IMG/VR virus record: IMGVR_UViG_3300035212_000658
Coordinates: 1 to 27,989 of that record
Strand: one strand, 5' to 3'
Origin: a virus
Taxonomy: Duplodnaviria; Caudoviricetes
Length of the DNA: 27,989 nucleotides
Shown here piece by piece: positions 14,525 through 25,118 of the stretch; position 1 is the first letter of the stretch, and every line of letters starts with the position of its first letter. A program made the translations under genes and the position numbers. Below the pieces are notes generated by a model that was not told the DNA's origin, did not search any database, and saw only the letters and a program-made list of their open reading frames with translations.

Positions 14525-15686
14525 AATAGCTGGGCTAAAGAAACGCATCAAAGTAATTCGGGGCGGTCAAGGAGCAGGCAAAACAATAAGCGTACTAATC
14601 CTGCTGATTAACCATGCGGCAAGCAAGCCTGACAAAGAGATTCTAATCATAAGCGCGGAGTTGACCAAGATGCGCTTGACTGTGATTAAGGACTTTGTGA
14701 AGGTGATGAAGATGGCAGGCATTTACGATGAAAGGCGGTTTATAGCTGGCACTCTTTACAGATTTGCAAACGGTTCTTTCATCAAATTCATAGGGCTGGA
14801 TAAGCAGGATGTCGGCAAGGGATTACGCTCAGACATTGTCTATTTTAATGAGGTTAACAAATGCGACTCAGAAAGTTACAGGCAAGTTGCTACAAGGGCT
14901 GGCAAGGTAATTAGCGATTACAATCCTGATGCTAAATTCTTTATTGATACAGAGGTAATAGGCCGCGAGGATTGCGACTTTTTGCAGCTAACATTTGAGG
15001 ATAACGAACTGCTTGGAATAGATGAGCGTAACGAAATACTCAACTACAAGCGTTTGGGCTATAATGAGGATGGCAGCGTTAAAAATAGCTATTGGGCGAA
15101 CATTTGGCGTGTGTATGGACTGGGCGAAGTTGGGGCATTGCAAGGCGTGGTATTCAGCGACTGGAGCGAAATAGATTCAGTTCCACCTAGCGCAAAAATG
15201 GTAGGATTTGGAATGGATTTTGGATATACGAACGACCCGACCACCTGCATTGTGGCCTATGAATACAACGGCCAAAGAATATACGATGAGTTGATTTACC
15301 AAACAGGGCTGCTAAATGGTGACATTGCGGCCTTACTCAAATCAAACGGAATAAGCAAACAGGACAAGGGCTATGCTGACTGCGCAGACCCCAAAAGCAT
15401 TGATGAAATTAACCGCTACGGATTCAATCTAAAGCCTGTAACCAAAGGCGCGGATAGTATTGCTTTCGGGATTAGCATCATGCAAGGGCAGCCGTTTCAA
15501 GTTACGAAAAGAAGCGCAAATATCAAAAAGGAATTGAACGCTTATTGCTGGGATACCGATAAGGACGGCAATACAATCAACAAGCCTATTGATGCCCACA
15601 ACCACGCTATTGATGCCATGCGATACGTTGAGATGATGCTAACCATCAAACCATCATTCAAGCCATTTAGAGCGATCCAATTTTGA
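14496..15686 (+). CDS. terL: Terminase large subunit (PBSX/SPP1-like)
   Basis: RGGQGAGKT, YFNE, DYNP, GMDFGYTNDPT, ADCADPKSI and HAIDAMRY. Confidence 0.93.
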   Translation: MIQSTTALRKIAGLKKRIKVIRGGQGAGKTISVLILLINHAASKPDKEILIISAELTKMRLTVIKDFVKVMKMAGIYDERRFIAGTLYRFANGSFIKFIGLDKQDVGKGLRSDIVYFNEVNKCDSESYRQVATRAGKVISDYNPDAKFFIDTEVIGREDCDFLQLTFEDNELLGIDERNEILNYKRLGYNEDGSVKNSYWANIWRVYGLGEVGALQGVVFSDWSEIDSVPPSAKMVGFGMDFGYTNDPTTCIVAYEYNGQRIYDELIYQTGLLNGDIAALLKSNGISKQDKGYADCADPKSIDEINRYGFNLKPVTKGADSIAFGISIMQGQPFQVTKRSANIKKELNAYCWDTDKDGNTINKPIDAHNHAIDAMRYVEMMLTIKPSFKPFRAIQF

Positions 15687-16399
15687 AAACAGCAATAACT
15701 ATAAACGGCCAGCCTGTTAACATTCCTGCCCAGTGGGAGGACATAACACTAAAGCAAGCGATTCAATTACATTCAGCTAAAACAGATGCCGAAATACTTG
15801 CGGCCGTTAGTGGCCTAGACTTTGAGGTGTGCGAAAACATTAGACCAATGCAACTTGCCGCAATAGTGTGGCCTATTAACGCACTAGGTGAGATGCCTAG
15901 CCTAGATGAATGGACACTATCACTTCCAAAACCTAAATCATTAGGCAGTATGGAATTTGCACGAAAGGTAAACGTGGAAGGGCTGGCAAGATTGAAGATA
16001 ATTGATACCGAACTAATCGGCCGAACGGTTGCTATTTACTGTGCAAATGATATAGACGACAAAGATATTGAGGACTGCTATTTACGCCTTCTGAATGAGC
16101 CGTTTATTGCCGTTGCCGCTGCTGGTCAATACATATCTAGCCAACTTGCCGAGATGTCAAAGGCTGAGGCTGCAATCAAGCCTGCGGAATACGAAAGCGA
16201 AGAATGGCAAGCTGGCATTTCTGACTTCAAAAAATATGGTACTTTTGGACTGGTTAGAGGCATATCTTTACGCCACCATTGTAGTGATGAAGATGTATAC
16301 CGTTGGAGTTATAATAAGGTGCTTTTGGAGTTGCAATATGCAGCAGATGAAAACGCTTACCAAAGGAAGTTGAACAAGATTTTGAACAAGAAGAAATGA
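15683..16399 (+). CDS. Hypothetical morphogenesis protein (possible tail assembly chaperone)
   Basis: IPAQWEDITLKQ start. Position follows TerL in a structural run. Confidence 0.55.
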   Translation: MKTAITINGQPVNIPAQWEDITLKQAIQLHSAKTDAEILAAVSGLDFEVCENIRPMQLAAIVWPINALGEMPSLDEWTLSLPKPKSLGSMEFARKVNVEGLARLKIIDTELIGRTVAIYCANDIDDKDIEDCYLRLLNEPFIAVAAAGQYISSQLAEMSKAEAAIKPAEYESEEWQAGISDFKKYGTFGLVRGISLRHHCSDEDVYRWSYNKVLLELQYAADENAYQRKLNKILNKKK

Positions 16400-16848
16400 G
16401 CAGTATTGTCAGCATAATTGAAGCGGTAGTTTTGGACTTAACTCCGAAGCCCGATTTCATACACGGGTTCAAATCATGGGCAAATCTAAAGGCAGATGAA
16501 AAGAGGTTTCCATGTGTGATACTTGTTGAGCCGATTACGAGCGATGATAACTTTAGGCAGGGGGGATTGGTAGATAGCACATATCCGTTATTTATGCTAT
16601 TTCTAGATCGTACAGAATTGGCATACACACCTGAGCAGCATCGTGTTACAATAGATGCAATGCGTGATTTACGCAGGCAGTTCGTTCTCAAATTAAAGGC
16701 AGCCAAAAATGTGTATGGTGAGCATATTTTTAAGTCAATTGACAACGTGAAAACTACCGACACGTTTAACGAATTGGATGCCAACGCATCGGGCATATTT
16801 ATGACATTCACAGCAACACCACTAAACTCAGACAGCGTATGCGTGTAA
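16396..16848 (+). CDS. Putative tail terminator/completion protein
   Basis: 150 aa with RFPCVIL and DTFNELDANASG patterns. Size and position fit. Confidence 0.5.
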   Translation: MSSIVSIIEAVVLDLTPKPDFIHGFKSWANLKADEKRFPCVILVEPITSDDNFRQGGLVDSTYPLFMLFLDRTELAYTPEQHRVTIDAMRDLRRQFVLKLKAAKNVYGEHIFKSIDNVKTTDTFNELDANASGIFMTFTATPLNSDSVCV

Positions 16849-17198
16849 CACATTCAAAGCAAGGCGGCAAATCAAATAGCAAAAAGAAGCTAAAGGATTT
16901 TGAGGCCGCAAAAGTTAAGGCCGTTAGTATGGTTATGCGTAACGTGGCAGAAGAAGCGCGAAAAATCGAGATGGAGGCGGTTAGGCAAGTTCTAGAATCA
17001 TATCTAAACAGGCCGTTAATCCAAAGCGATGTGCAGAAGATAGGGCGAATTGCTATGCCTAATGGTTACGTGCTGACTTATGGCAATAAACCACTAGGCG
17101 AAATTCAACGCGAAACGCACAAAGACCCGAAGGCTGAAGAGAATTATCGCATTACCTTTACAGCCTACGAAGATGAGCATACAGAAACCCCTTCTTGA
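16839..17198 (+). CDS. Hypothetical protein
   Basis: 119-aa ORF overlapping both neighbours. Confidence 0.55.
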   Translation: MRVTHSKQGGKSNSKKKLKDFEAAKVKAVSMVMRNVAEEARKIEMEAVRQVLESYLNRPLIQSDVQKIGRIAMPNGYVLTYGNKPLGEIQRETHKDPKAEENYRITFTAYEDEHTETPS

Positions 17199-17634
17199 GC
17201 AACTAGGCAAGACCTTAGTAGGGCAATTTCGGGCGAATATAGCACCGATGAAAGCAAGCGGCCGCACTAGCGACAGCATACACTACGTGGCGACCGAAAA
17301 CACTTTAGAGGTGTTGGCATTGCGAAGTATTGGGACAGCTGAATATGGAAGGAAGCCAACAAGACAAGGAGCAGAAGCTGGCGACCCGACACTATTTGAA
17401 GCCATCAAAGAGTGGGCTAAAATACGTGGCATAGTTACCAATTTGGACGACAAAGCACAGCTAGGTATTGTTTACGCCATCACTAAGCACATTCATAAGA
17501 ACGGATGGAAAACCAAGCTAACCAAGCCGCTTTCATCTGTTACGGATAACCTAGACATTGATGCGTTAATTAAGCCTTTGGTCGTGTATCAAATGACTCA
17601 GTTCAAAAGCGGTATAATCAAAGAATTACAATGA
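17173..17634 (+). CDS. Putative neck/tail completion protein (HK97 gp10-like)
   Basis: ASGRTSDSI, EYGRKP, AIKEWAKIRGI and YAITKHIHKNG. Confidence 0.6.
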   Translation: MSIQKPLLEQLGKTLVGQFRANIAPMKASGRTSDSIHYVATENTLEVLALRSIGTAEYGRKPTRQGAEAGDPTLFEAIKEWAKIRGIVTNLDDKAQLGIVYAITKHIHKNGWKTKLTKPLSSVTDNLDIDALIKPLVVYQMTQFKSGIIKELQ

Positions 17635-18698
17635 GTTTTCTAATAACACGCAAGCCCGAAAAGCTATTTGCATCATCGGTAAAGTTCTCAAGATGGACAG
17701 CCCTTGCGAACCCGTATCTTTTTGAATTAACCCGAAAGGATTACGGGGTTAACTCTACAGGAATACGTCCAGCATACCACCCAACTAAGCCAACCGTAAG
17801 AACTACAGGCGACCCGATTACCGTACCTGTAGTTGTTTTAGCTGGTGACAGGATATACGTTAACAGCGGAGTGTATCAGGGCATTTATACTGTTTTTAGC
17901 GTAACGAATGAATACATCGTTTTAGATACTCCTTACATTGGCGTAGGTGGCACTGGATGGGTTAACCTAGTGGATAGGCTGCAGAACTTCAAAGCGTATA
18001 TTAAAATATACGATGGCGTTACCAATGTGCTGATAGATGAGTTAAGACTTTCGCCCGATAGCACTGGGCTACTAATTGCGGACGTATCGGGCATATTGCG
18101 CAAACAGTTGAACACTACAGCCGACCCAACTCAGACGACAATCAACAAAGCGAATAAAGGTATTTCGGGGTCGTTTAGAATTGGATATGGAGCATCTTGG
18201 CTATACGTAAGCGAAGAAATAACTACGGATGTCACGTCACCTGAGGTAATTGTTAAAGAAAAGTACTACTGGCTTTCTGCTGCGAAACAGATAGATGGAA
18301 ACATTGCTCTAGGCATGAGTGGAATCGGTCAAAACCTAAAAGAATTTGTGCCTAAAAACTTGGCAAGTTCTGAGGCTAAGTTCTTAACGATGTTTGAGCG
18401 GCCTACCTATTTCGATGGGTTTCCGTTTTTCCTTTCGTTTATTTACGATGAAGATTTTGACGGTATTACGCTCGAACGCCATCAACAAGATGCCGACATA
18501 AACGGTGTTGACGTAGGTGCGGAAACAGATAATACCTTAATCGTTAGCCAAAAGCATTACGTGAATAACATGATACTTCGCGCCCCGAATGCTGGCACAA
18601 AAATCATTAAGGCATGGCTTGAAGATGGCCCAGCTGAAACAGATGGGTATATTGGAGTGGGAGGCATACCAATCGGAGGGGCATCTAAATACAATTAA
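17631..18698 (+). CDS. Putative tail structural protein
   Basis: Beta-rich 355-aa ORF in the tail module. Confidence 0.6.
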   Translation: MSFLITRKPEKLFASSVKFSRWTALANPYLFELTRKDYGVNSTGIRPAYHPTKPTVRTTGDPITVPVVVLAGDRIYVNSGVYQGIYTVFSVTNEYIVLDTPYIGVGGTGWVNLVDRLQNFKAYIKIYDGVTNVLIDELRLSPDSTGLLIADVSGILRKQLNTTADPTQTTINKANKGISGSFRIGYGASWLYVSEEITTDVTSPEVIVKEKYYWLSAAKQIDGNIALGMSGIGQNLKEFVPKNLASSEAKFLTMFERPTYFDGFPFFLSFIYDEDFDGITLERHQQDADINGVDVGAETDNTLIVSQKHYVNNMILRAPNAGTKIIKAWLEDGPAETDGYIGVGGIPIGGASKYN

Positions 18699-18699
18699 A

Positions 18700-19137
18700 A
18701 TGATAGTTACAGAAATCAAAGAAATAGATTACCTAGATTGCATACCTCAGAATCCATTGCAATTAATGTGGCTAAATTCACTCGGTGGCATGGATACTTG
18801 GGTATTTTCAAGGCATCAAGAGTTCAGCGCGAGCGTTTCAGACGTTGACCAATTCGAGCCTGTTGTAAATTATCTACAAATTGCCAATTCAAACCAAAAA
18901 GTACTGAATAAGGAATTGCTATACGTTCTCAATTTAGGATATGAGCAACTGAATACGCAGCAAGTTTTTGGAATTAGCCAAATTCTTTCATCGGCATTGG
19001 TATACGCTAATTTTGAAGGCTACTTCGTGCAAGTTATCGTAAAGGCTGGCAGCTACAAGATATTTGACACGGGCGAAAGCAGGCATAAATTAGAATTTGA
19101 CATTATATTTCCTAAGCAATATACATCCAGCCTGTGA
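18700..19137 (+). CDS. Putative distal-tail-like protein (start re-assigned to ATG 18700)
   Basis: WLNSLGGMDTWVF motif recalled from Bacteroidota phage tail proteins. ATG is 1 nt after the upstream stop. Confidence 0.6.
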   Translation: MIVTEIKEIDYLDCIPQNPLQLMWLNSLGGMDTWVFSRHQEFSASVSDVDQFEPVVNYLQIANSNQKVLNKELLYVLNLGYEQLNTQQVFGISQILSSALVYANFEGYFVQVIVKAGSYKIFDTGESRHKLEFDIIFPKQYTSSL

Positions 19138-21128
19138 GCAATTTAATCATAAAGATTGGCGACAGACCGCTAGACTTAAATAGTGGTGAAACTATTGCGC
19201 TGACAAGGCAAGCGGCAAAGGTTGGCGACTTCGTGGCCGTTATGGCCGATGGCACTAACGAGGTGACTATACCTTTGACCGCGAACAACAAGGCGGTGTT
19301 GGATAATGCCCACATATTCGGGACGGATAGCCTAATCCCGTATCGGAGGACGGATGCAACAATGATTCAAGAGGGTTATGAAACAATCACAAACGGTTAT
19401 TCAATCGTTAAAAGTTCGGCTAACAATTTCAGCCTGCAAATTGTGGGAGGTAACGGAGGCTTTTTTGACCTTATACGGAATTTGAATTTAAGGCAATTGG
19501 ACTTAGTGGAGTATAGTCACTTTTGGACAAACCTAAATGCCTTTGACAATCGCAATAATACAGATGGATACGTTTACGCGGTCTTTGAGCAGAGTGATTT
19601 GGAGGGAGTTGATTCAACTATGCGAACGTATGGCACAAATTTATACGCGGTTCAAACAGCTAGGCTGCTGCCATCATTCCACGTTAAAACTTTAATTGGT
19701 AAAATCTTTGCGGAGCAGGGTTATACCTTCGTAACCGACTTAGTTGCTGAGGACATTTACAATAATCTAATTGTGTTTAATGGCAAGCCTGACCGAGGTG
19801 AGGATATGAGCCATCATTTGTGTACGGTGGTAAATGATGTAGATTTATTCCCTTTATTTTCGGGAAATTGGTTATTTCAATATACATCTGTTATTAACGG
19901 AACATTATATACCAGTGATGCTGAGTTTAATAGTAGGCTGCCTTTATATTCACCAAATGCAAGTGACGCGGGATTTACATTAACCGACCCATGTACTGTT
20001 ACCGTTGAATTTCAGTTGATTATAGGTTTTGCATACTATTTACTTAACACCGATTTTACCATAAATGTTGAGGCCACAACCGTTGATGGGATTACTGTTT
20101 ATAATAGCAACACAATTACGGTTAATGCCTACGAGTACACGCCACCATATGATGGCGAAGTAACGTTAAATTTCACCATGACTTTTGACGTTGGCGATTT
20201 TAATGGATTGATATTATTTAGGCCAGCAGTTTTGTATAATCCAAATACGGGATTTTACATCAAAGCTGGCAGCAGCTACACCGTTACAAATGCGGTTATG
20301 CTTGCCAATACAGATATAACTACATCGTTTCCAAACAACTATTTTAACGGCCTTGTCCCCGTTCCTGACATGAAACAAGGCGACTTCCTTAAAGACTTGT
20401 CAAAGGTATTTCAATGGATTTACGATGTGAATGAGGTGACTAAGGTGGTAACTGCTAGGCGTTATGATTCGGTGCAGGAAAACATACCAACGGCCATTGA
20501 TTTGAGCGACCATATTGACGTCCGAAAGCAAAAGATAACGTACGGGATTGATGGCTTTGCTCAAACCAATTCGCTGGCATACAAGCCCGATGACATTACA
20601 AGCTATGATGCTATTGGTTATATCAATGTAGATGACCAAACATTAAAGGCCGAAAGCAAATATGTCGAGGTTTCATTATTTGCGGCTACTTCTACCCGTC
20701 AAAGGTTTGATTCAGTTGCCGCGCCTTACGTACCGATATTTGATGTCGATGTAATGCCCAATAATGCAATTACTCACAGATTGCTATTGACCAAAAGAGT
20801 AGATCCTTTTCCGTACAACGTGAATTTTAACAGGGATGCAAGTGATTACCCAACGGACGATTTGACATTTGCATATTTTGCTGAGGCTGGCAATTTAGAT
20901 AGCTTGGATTTTCCTAACCTAATAAACCGCTTTTATCAAACGGTAATGGCGATAACCTATCGGGGCAAAACTCTCGAATGCTTAATGAATCTGAAAATTT
21001 CAGACGTTGTAAATTATAACCCGTTTATTCCCGTTTACATATCACAGCATGGCAGCTATTTCTACTGGCAAAAGGTGAGCAACTACGTAAAAGATAAATT
21101 AACCAAATGCACGTTTATACGCTTATAA
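19134..21128 (+). CDS. Putative tail tip / baseplate hub protein
   Basis: 664 aa with TIPLTANN, PSFHVKTLIGKIF, VPDMKQGDFLKDL and a C-terminal PVYISQHGSYFY..KVSNY. Adjacent to the tape measure. Confidence 0.65.
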   Translation: MSNLIIKIGDRPLDLNSGETIALTRQAAKVGDFVAVMADGTNEVTIPLTANNKAVLDNAHIFGTDSLIPYRRTDATMIQEGYETITNGYSIVKSSANNFSLQIVGGNGGFFDLIRNLNLRQLDLVEYSHFWTNLNAFDNRNNTDGYVYAVFEQSDLEGVDSTMRTYGTNLYAVQTARLLPSFHVKTLIGKIFAEQGYTFVTDLVAEDIYNNLIVFNGKPDRGEDMSHHLCTVVNDVDLFPLFSGNWLFQYTSVINGTLYTSDAEFNSRLPLYSPNASDAGFTLTDPCTVTVEFQLIIGFAYYLLNTDFTINVEATTVDGITVYNSNTITVNAYEYTPPYDGEVTLNFTMTFDVGDFNGLILFRPAVLYNPNTGFYIKAGSSYTVTNAVMLANTDITTSFPNNYFNGLVPVPDMKQGDFLKDLSKVFQWIYDVNEVTKVVTARRYDSVQENIPTAIDLSDHIDVRKQKITYGIDGFAQTNSLAYKPDDITSYDAIGYINVDDQTLKAESKYVEVSLFAATSTRQRFDSVAAPYVPIFDVDVMPNNAITHRLLLTKRVDPFPYNVNFNRDASDYPTDDLTFAYFAEAGNLDSLDFPNLINRFYQTVMAITYRGKTLECLMNLKISDVVNYNPFIPVYISQHGSYFYWQKVSNYVKDKLTKCTFIRL

Positions 21129-21129
21129 G

Positions 21130-23730
21130 ATGGCAACTGAAAAATATGAAGTACTTGTTAGCATTGGCATTGATTCAAAGGTCGTACAAGACAGCATTGC
21201 CAATGCGGATAGGCTAACTGCTGAAATCACTAAACTTCGCGAAGCACAAAAGGCAAGCGGTGTTCAAGATGCGGAAACTACGGCCGCAATTAAGGCGTTA
21301 ACCCAAGAACGTAGCCGTGACCTTCGTGTGGTGCAACAGGCCAACACGCTGGCATCGGAAACGGTCAAAGGGCAAGAAAGACTAAAGGCCGAGTTGTCGC
21401 TCCTAACGGTGCAATATAACAACCTAACAACAGCAGAGCAAAAGACTACTGAAAGCGGCCAAAAGATGGGTGCGAGGATTCGCGCCCTGAGTGACGAATT
21501 GAAGGCAAACGAAAGCGCGGTAGGCAATAACGCTCGCAATGTGGGCAATTATACCGATTCGATAAAGGAAGCCTTGGTATCAATTACTGGTGCTGTTCCT
21601 GGACTGAAAGGATTTAAGGGCGGACTGGATGGCGTGACTAATGGATTCAAAGCGGCTGGCGGTGGTGTTAAGGGTTTCGGAGCGGCTTTGATGTCATTGG
21701 GGTTGCCTTTAATAGTTGCAGGAGTTACGGCTTTAATCGGAGTATTCAAAGCCTTTAAGCCTGTAGCTGATGCGGTGGAGAATGCGGTTACAGCAGTTAA
21801 AGCGGCCTTTGGGGCGTTAATATCGGGCGGCTCAATTACGGAAGCAGTACGCCAGTCAAGAGAATTACTTGAGGTGCAGCGAGATTTGGAGGACACGCAA
21901 AAGGCGTTTGCAATTTCGGCACAAAAATATGGCAACGAAATCGCAAAGCTAATAGTTGCATCAAAAGACCGTACTAAAACAGACCAAGAGCGGCTTGCAA
22001 TAGTTGCCAAAGCAAACAAATTAGAGGAGGAGTATTTTAACGCATCGGTTGCAAGAATTGACAAGGAATTATCTGCTCGTGAAAGTGAATTTATGCGTAA
22101 AAACAAAATCACAAAAGCGGAACTGCAACTACTTGCAGAGGGTACTTCTAAACAGGCTCTTGCATTGCGTGAACGATTGGAAAAGGGTGCAGAATATAGC
22201 GAAGAAGAATTGGCTCAGGTTCAAGATTTACTTGTTGAACGTGCTAAATTGGAGGGCGAAAGCCTTGTTTTGCAAGAGAAACTTGCAAACCGAACAAACC
22301 AACTTGCTGGCGATATGGAAAAGGACAGGCAAGCTGAGGCCGACAAAATCGCAGCGGCTACCGAAAAGGCAAATGAGGCAAGGCAAAAAGAATTAGAGAA
22401 AAAAGAAGCCATACAGGCTAAAGAATTAGAGGATGCCAAAAAGCAAGCGGACGAATTAAGGAAAATCGCTGACGACTTTATGCGGTCGCAGATGTCGGAA
22501 ACGGATAGGCAACTTTTGGAAATAGGCGAAAAGGCTAATGTACTAAAGGCTGCTGGTGTTGAAGAAGTTGCCATAACCAAATTCATAAACGATGAAGTAA
22601 AAAAGATTGAAGACACCGCAAGAGCAGAAAAGCTGGCAAAGGATGGCGAGGCGTTTACTAAGCAAATCGAACTGCTAGGGCTACAAGAGCAAATTGAAGT
22701 ACAAGCGGCTGAAACATCCATTAAAAACGAAAAGGAATTAACCGATGCAAAGGCTAAAATAGCACTTGATTATCTATCGAAGAAGCTTGCCATCATGGAA
22801 CAAATGGCAATGTTGGATGGGATTGCAACTGCTGAAGAAATCGCAAACCTTAAACTAGTTGAAGGCGAAATAAAACGCATTACAGAAGGGCTGGCAAATC
22901 CTGAGGTTGAACCGCCTACGTTGGGCAAGATGCTAGGCCTTACGGAACAGGACATAGAAGATATTCAACTTGCTATGGAGGTGGTTAATGGCTTGCTAGC
23001 AACAGCAATGGCAGCAACTCAGGCATCTGCCGACAATAGGCTTGCTCAAATTGATGCTCAGTCAAATGCTGAAATACAGGCCATAAACAACAGCACGCTT
23101 TCGGAGGAAGAAAAGCAAAAAAAGATAAAAACAATAGAGCAAAAGGCCGCGAGGGATAAATACAAAATTGAATTAGAACAGTTCAAAATTGCTCAGGCAT
23201 TACAGATAGCAATGGCAATAGCCAACACGGCTACAGCTGTAATGGCGCAGCTATCCAATCCAACACCTTACGCGGGATTTGTACTTGCTGCGCTTGCTGG
23301 TGTCACGGGAGCGGCTCAAATAGCGATGATTGCAAGCCAACAGCCACCGCCACCGCCTGCATTTGCATCGGGTGGATTTGTGTCGGGCGCTGGTAGTGGA
23401 ACAAGTGATTCAATTCCTGCTATGCTTTCAAATGGCGAAAGCGTAAATAATGCGGAAACGACTAGACGGTTTGCTCCGCTACTTTCATCTTTGAATGCGG
23501 CTGGTGGTGGTGTTGATTGGTATCGTGGCGAAGGCTTTGCATCGGGCGGTTTGGTGCGTAAATTTGCAACGGGTGGCGTTGCAATGTCCAGTTCTTCGAT
23601 GATTCGGGACAATCAACAAGTGGCAATGATGGCAGCCCAAATGAGTATGTCACAGCCTGTTTTAGTGATTGAAGAATTTCAAAGCGTACAGGGTAGGCAA
23701 GTTAGAACCGAGCAGAATCTACAACTATGA
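21130..23730 (+). CDS. Tail tape measure protein
   Basis: 866 aa, Ala/Glu/Lys-rich coiled coil, RNVGNY, hydrophobic Gly/Ala segments, FASGG x2/FATGG and GTSDSIPAMLSNGESV. Confidence 0.88.
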   Translation: MATEKYEVLVSIGIDSKVVQDSIANADRLTAEITKLREAQKASGVQDAETTAAIKALTQERSRDLRVVQQANTLASETVKGQERLKAELSLLTVQYNNLTTAEQKTTESGQKMGARIRALSDELKANESAVGNNARNVGNYTDSIKEALVSITGAVPGLKGFKGGLDGVTNGFKAAGGGVKGFGAALMSLGLPLIVAGVTALIGVFKAFKPVADAVENAVTAVKAAFGALISGGSITEAVRQSRELLEVQRDLEDTQKAFAISAQKYGNEIAKLIVASKDRTKTDQERLAIVAKANKLEEEYFNASVARIDKELSARESEFMRKNKITKAELQLLAEGTSKQALALRERLEKGAEYSEEELAQVQDLLVERAKLEGESLVLQEKLANRTNQLAGDMEKDRQAEADKIAAATEKANEARQKELEKKEAIQAKELEDAKKQADELRKIADDFMRSQMSETDRQLLEIGEKANVLKAAGVEEVAITKFINDEVKKIEDTARAEKLAKDGEAFTKQIELLGLQEQIEVQAAETSIKNEKELTDAKAKIALDYLSKKLAIMEQMAMLDGIATAEEIANLKLVEGEIKRITEGLANPEVEPPTLGKMLGLTEQDIEDIQLAMEVVNGLLATAMAATQASADNRLAQIDAQSNAEIQAINNSTLSEEEKQKKIKTIEQKAARDKYKIELEQFKIAQALQIAMAIANTATAVMAQLSNPTPYAGFVLAALAGVTGAAQIAMIASQQPPPPPAFASGGFVSGAGSGTSDSIPAMLSNGESVNNAETTRRFAPLLSSLNAAGGGVDWYRGEGFASGGLVRKFATGGVAMSSSSMIRDNQQVAMMAAQMSMSQPVLVIEEFQSVQGRQVRTEQNLQL

Positions 23731-23963
23731 ATGAACTAATTTTAGAACTTGACAAAAGCGGTCAATTGTTTGAACTATTCAAAGGCGGCTTTATATCTTG
23801 GACGGTGCTAAGGGATAAGGATATTTACCTCACCTATTTAGCCCATCGACAAACTGGATTAAATAAGACGCAAGCGGTCAAAAGAACGGCCGACCAATTT
23901 GACTTAAGCGACAACGTTGTATGGGTGGCTTTGCGTAAAATGAGCGCACCAATAAACGAATAG
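23727..23963 (+). CDS. Small HTH-like protein
   Basis: KTQAVKRTADQFDLSDNVVWVALRKM helix-turn-helix pattern. Confidence 0.55.
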   Translation: MNELILELDKSGQLFELFKGGFISWTVLRDKDIYLTYLAHRQTGLNKTQAVKRTADQFDLSDNVVWVALRKMSAPINE

Positions 23964-24000
23964 TAAAAGCCTGTTTTGCCGTGTGGAATTTTGCCGCCAC

Positions 24001-25089
24001 ATGGAAGCGCACATTTACATCGAAGGTCAAATTGGTTCATCTTACAAAGAAGATGGAACGGTAGACGTTAGTGGTGTTGAATTGCAAGACGTTATTTCTC
24101 AGGTTCGCAGAAATGCTGATGCCGAAAAGATTACTTGCCATATTACCAGTCAGGGCGGCTCAGTGGACTCAGGTCGCAAAATAGCCCAATACCTCGCATC
24201 ACTTCCCAATGTGCATACGCTAGCTGAGGTTCAATGCGCTTCTATTGCTACGGAGATTCACTTGGCCGTACCTATTGAACGCAGGAAGGTAGCGGCAGGA
24301 ACGTCCTACCTTATTCACCAGCCTATGTTCTCATTTCAGCGCGGCATCGCATTGAACAAAGACGAATTGGCAAGTATGTCAACTGAAATAGGACATACTC
24401 AGGCCGAAATGGTGAGCAACTACGCAAAGGCTACAGGAATGGATAAGACCGCTCTTGAATTGCTTATGCAACAAGAAACAGCGTTAACCCCTGAGCAATG
24501 CGTGGAGTTTGGGTTCGCTTCTGAAATCGTAACAAATGCAACCGTAGCGGTTGCCCTAATTAAACCAAAACAATCAACTGAAATCATGGCAACATTGAAA
24601 GAAGAAATCGCAGCAATGCGCATTCAAATCGCTTCGCTAATCGCGGGCAAACCTGTTAAAGCAGTATCATTAGATCTAACCACAATCGAGGGCGTTCCTG
24701 TAGTCGTAGTGACTGAGGAAGATATGCCTAAAGTTGGTGATGCGGTTATTGATGCTGAGGGCAATCCAGTACCCGATGCAACTCATAATTTCGAAGGGTT
24801 ACAAGTAGTTACCGTTGATGGTGTTATTACTGAAATCATCGAAGTAGAGGTAGTTGACGTTGAGGCATTAGCTTCTGAATTGGCTACTTTGAAAGCAGAA
24901 CGCGAAGCAGAACAAACTGCATTTGCTGAATTGCAAAAGGAATTTGCTCAAGTGGCAAAATTGCAATCTACTTACAAACCAGCAGCACAACAAGTGGCTT
25001 TCAAAAAGCAAGTAGTTGATTCTGCAAAAGAGGTTTCAAGTTACTCAACAATTAAAGAAGCCCTTGCCGCGCGTAAGGCTAAAAAATAA
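24001..25089 (+). CDS. ClpP-type prohead protease fused to a scaffold-like domain
   Basis: IYIEGQIG, ITSQGGSV, CASIAT (Ser), LIHQP (His) and FGFASEI, with an acidic/coiled-coil C-terminus. ATG 24001 preferred. Confidence 0.88.
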   Translation: MEAHIYIEGQIGSSYKEDGTVDVSGVELQDVISQVRRNADAEKITCHITSQGGSVDSGRKIAQYLASLPNVHTLAEVQCASIATEIHLAVPIERRKVAAGTSYLIHQPMFSFQRGIALNKDELASMSTEIGHTQAEMVSNYAKATGMDKTALELLMQQETALTPEQCVEFGFASEIVTNATVAVALIKPKQSTEIMATLKEEIAAMRIQIASLIAGKPVKAVSLDLTTIEGVPVVVVTEEDMPKVGDAVIDAEGNPVPDATHNFEGLQVVTVDGVITEIIEVEVVDVEALASELATLKAEREAEQTAFAELQKEFAQVAKLQSTYKPAAQQVAFKKQVVDSAKEVSSYSTIKEALAARKAKK

Positions 25090-25118
25090 TAACTAACCAA
25101 TCAAACAAATCAAATCAA

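Noticed and set aside
14835-14860. TerL Walker B reads NE rather than DE, suggesting inactivation
   Set aside because: The catalytic Glu and all other motifs are intact, and I recall the NE variant from related terminases.
16095-16373. Alternative-frame ORF as a tail-chaperone frameshift product
   Set aside because: It is fully nested, ends before the host ORF stop, and I found no convincing slippery site.
18589-18700. Frameshift joining the 17631 and 18589 ORFs
   Set aside because: A good ATG at 18700 follows the stop by 1 nt and no slippery sequence is evident.
22049-22396. 115-aa alternative-frame ORF inside the tape measure gene
   Set aside because: A typical off-frame shadow of repetitive coiled-coil codons, with no motif or leader.
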